27,957 nucleotides of DNA, taken from an archaeon. GTDB lineage: Archaea; Iainarchaeota; Iainarchaeia; Iainarchaeales; 1-14-0-10-31-34. Position numbers and translations under genes: made by a program. Location of the stretch: assembly GCA_043819075.1 (NCBI GenBank), contig JBDRFE010000074.1, positions 1-27,957 of the forward strand, given 5' to 3'. Of the stretch, positions 26,474 to 27,957 are shown piece after piece. The notes under the pieces were generated by a model. The model worked only from the letters and a program-made list of their open reading frames with translations, was not told where the DNA came from and searched no databases. Each line of letters opens with the position of its first letter. The stretch's first letter is position 1.

Positions 26474-26932
26474 ATGAAAAAAAACAAGTTTGAAAAAGCC
26501 TATGATTTGACTAAAAACAATTTAGGCTGCCCTGAAAACTGTGTGATCTGTGAGGACCCTGCTGTAATGCTTTTGCCGGGGGAAGCAGAATTTTTAAGCA
26601 AAAAATTTAGTGTGCCAAAAGAATCCATTGCAAACAGGCATAAAATTAACGGGCATACTGTCTGGATGATTGCTGCAGAAGAAAACCACTGCAATTTTTT
26701 TAAGTGCGGCAAATGCATTAACAGGGATATAAGGTGCCTTGACTGCAGAAGTTATCCAGTTATTCCTTTTCTTGAAAAAGACAGGCTTTCAGTCAGGCTT
26801 GACAAAAAATGCCCTTTAGTGAAAGAAAACAAGATTTCAGCTGAATTCCAAGAAAACTGCCTGAAAGCATGGAAACTGGTTAACCCTCCAAAATGGTGGC
26901 TGAAAGCATACAAAAAAGTCTGCCCGGAATAA
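26474..26932 (+). CDS. YkgJ-like Cys-cluster (putative Zn/Fe-S) protein
   Basis: CPENCVIC ... CNFF..GKC..RDIRCLDCRSYP ... CP. Confidence 0.75.
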   Translation: MKKNKFEKAYDLTKNNLGCPENCVICEDPAVMLLPGEAEFLSKKFSVPKESIANRHKINGHTVWMIAAEENHCNFFKCGKCINRDIRCLDCRSYPVIPFLEKDRLSVRLDKKCPLVKENKISAEFQENCLKAWKLVNPPKWWLKAYKKVCPE

Positions 26933-27046
26933 TTTTGCTTTAATTTTGTTGCAGAAAACTTTTTTGACGCTTAAGTTAAAAAACTTATATTGCTCTTAGT
27001 TTTATTACCTAGAATTGTTTTTCGGGTTAATGAGCGGGGTGGTTTA

Positions 27047-27754
27047 ATGAAATTGAATTTAAATGAATTGTTTACTGCAAAAAGAATTTTATTTTTTGCA
27101 TTGTTTTCGGTTTTAGTGTTAATAGCAAGCCAGATTAATTTTTCTGCAGTCTGGGGTGCTGAAGGACAGTTTTTTACTTTATTCCAGTTTTTTGGGCCGA
27201 TAGCAGGAAGCTTTCTTGGGCCGTTTATCGGAGCAGGCTCTGTATTAATTGCACAGTTAGCTGAAAAAGTCTTGTTTGGAAAAGCATTTGATTTCATTGC
27301 ATTATTCAGATTAACTCCAATGATTTTTGCTGCAATCTATTTCGGCTTGTACGCCAAAAAAAAGTTTAATTTCACTGCAGTAATTCCTTTGATTGCAATG
27401 GCCTTGTTTGTAATTCATCCAGTCGGCCAGCAGGTATGGTTTTATTCTTTGTATTGGTTGATTCCAGTTCTGGCAGCAGTTTTCAGCAAAAGGCTTTTTT
27501 TCAGGAGCCTTGGAGCAACTTTTACTGCACACTCAATTGGTTCAGTTGTATGGCTTTACACTATTCCTTCAACTCCTGTGTTATGGCTTGCATTGATTCC
27601 AATTGTTGCAGTTGAAAGGCTTGCATTTGCATTAGGAATAAGCGTTTCATTTGTTGCTTTTACAACAGTTTTAGCAAAACTTGAAAACATTATTCCGCAA
27701 TCAGTCCTTTCAGTGGACAAAAGATACACTATAAAAAACATGTTAAGCCATTAA
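27047..27754 (+). CDS. Multi-pass membrane protein, putative ECF transporter S-component-like
   Basis: Several TM helices; FTLFQFFGPIAGSFLGPFIGA resembles S-component xGP..G motifs. Start moved to ATG 27047 after GGGGTGG. Confidence 0.55.
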   Translation: MKLNLNELFTAKRILFFALFSVLVLIASQINFSAVWGAEGQFFTLFQFFGPIAGSFLGPFIGAGSVLIAQLAEKVLFGKAFDFIALFRLTPMIFAAIYFGLYAKKKFNFTAVIPLIAMALFVIHPVGQQVWFYSLYWLIPVLAAVFSKRLFFRSLGATFTAHSIGSVVWLYTIPSTPVLWLALIPIVAVERLAFALGISVSFVAFTTVLAKLENIIPQSVLSVDKRYTIKNMLSH

Positions 27755-27851
27755 ATGGCTTAACTTCCTTCTATTTTTTTTTGCTTTCATCCAAAACGAA
27801 TTTAATTACTTTCTTTCTTTCTTTTTTATTACTTTTTCAGGGGGAAACTAA

Positions 27852-27957
27852 ATGTTTTTGGAAGACTTGAAGAAAACAGACTTGGATGTATTTAATGCAA
27901 TTGAAGACGAAACAAAAAGGCAGATGAACGGCTTAGAAATGATTGCATCAGAAAACT
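27852..27957 (+). CDS. glyA: Serine hydroxymethyltransferase, 5' part (runs off the window)
   Basis: MFLEDLKKTDLDVFNAIEDETKRQMNGLEMIASEN (RQ...LE.IASEN motif); GGGGG upstream. Confidence 0.92.
   Translation, partial: MFLEDLKKTDLDVFNAIEDETKRQMNGLEMIASEN

Noticed and set aside
26933..27046. THF or other riboswitch ahead of the S-component-like gene (also checked 27755-27851 before glyA)
   Set aside because: The leaders are short and T-rich, with no convincing paired structure or recognisable aptamer consensus.
4017..27741. Remaining 60-170-aa antisense or overlapping ORFs in the track (e.g. 7002-7436, 19633-20142, 25183-25659, 26971-27297)
   Set aside because: They are nested in or opposite well-supported genes, and their F/S/I-rich composition is typical of reverse-strand shadows in AT-rich DNA.
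1..27957. Alternative genetic code, tRNA/rRNA genes, IS elements or prophage
   Set aside because: Conserved genes are full length and end at TAA, TAG and TGA; no GC-rich structured RNA, transposase, integrase or phage hallmark gene was recognised.

Overview
AT-rich, gene-dense chromosomal window from an archaeon. Archaeal markers are Dph5, Trm5, DUF63, DUF357 and TATA-type promoters; their mixture with bacterial-type metabolic genes suggests a DPANN lineage such as Ca. Iainarchaeota/Diapherotrites (inference). The left end holds two divergent large cell-surface genes. One is a >902-codon minus-strand gene that the ORF track misses (signal peptide, beta-helix with an inserted CBM-like module, Cys-rich repeats). 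The other is a 903-aa CARDB-like protein ending in LPETN-TM-KK. The rest is mostly housekeeping: ahcY, yvoF-like acetyltransferase, HPF-like protein, pfkB, nfo, adk, trm5, DUF63, dph5-DUF357, acyP, nth, purQ/L/S, tmk, folC, yggS, YkgJ-like, a putative ECF S-component and the start of glyA. The most unusual observations are: (1) an apparently self-contained unit (TATA, SD, ORF, hairpin) encoding a 14-aa Lys-rich micropeptide opposite dph5, plus a second unannotated 46-aa Lys-rich ORF; (2) five singly inserted orphan proteins with very basic N-terminal leaders, including two GNATs and a possible sigma70-like protein; (3) intergenic spacers built from degenerate tandem duplications of neighbouring gene ends or promoters. 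No rRNA, tRNA, CRISPR array or transposase was recognised. All family calls are from motif recognition by eye, not database searches.
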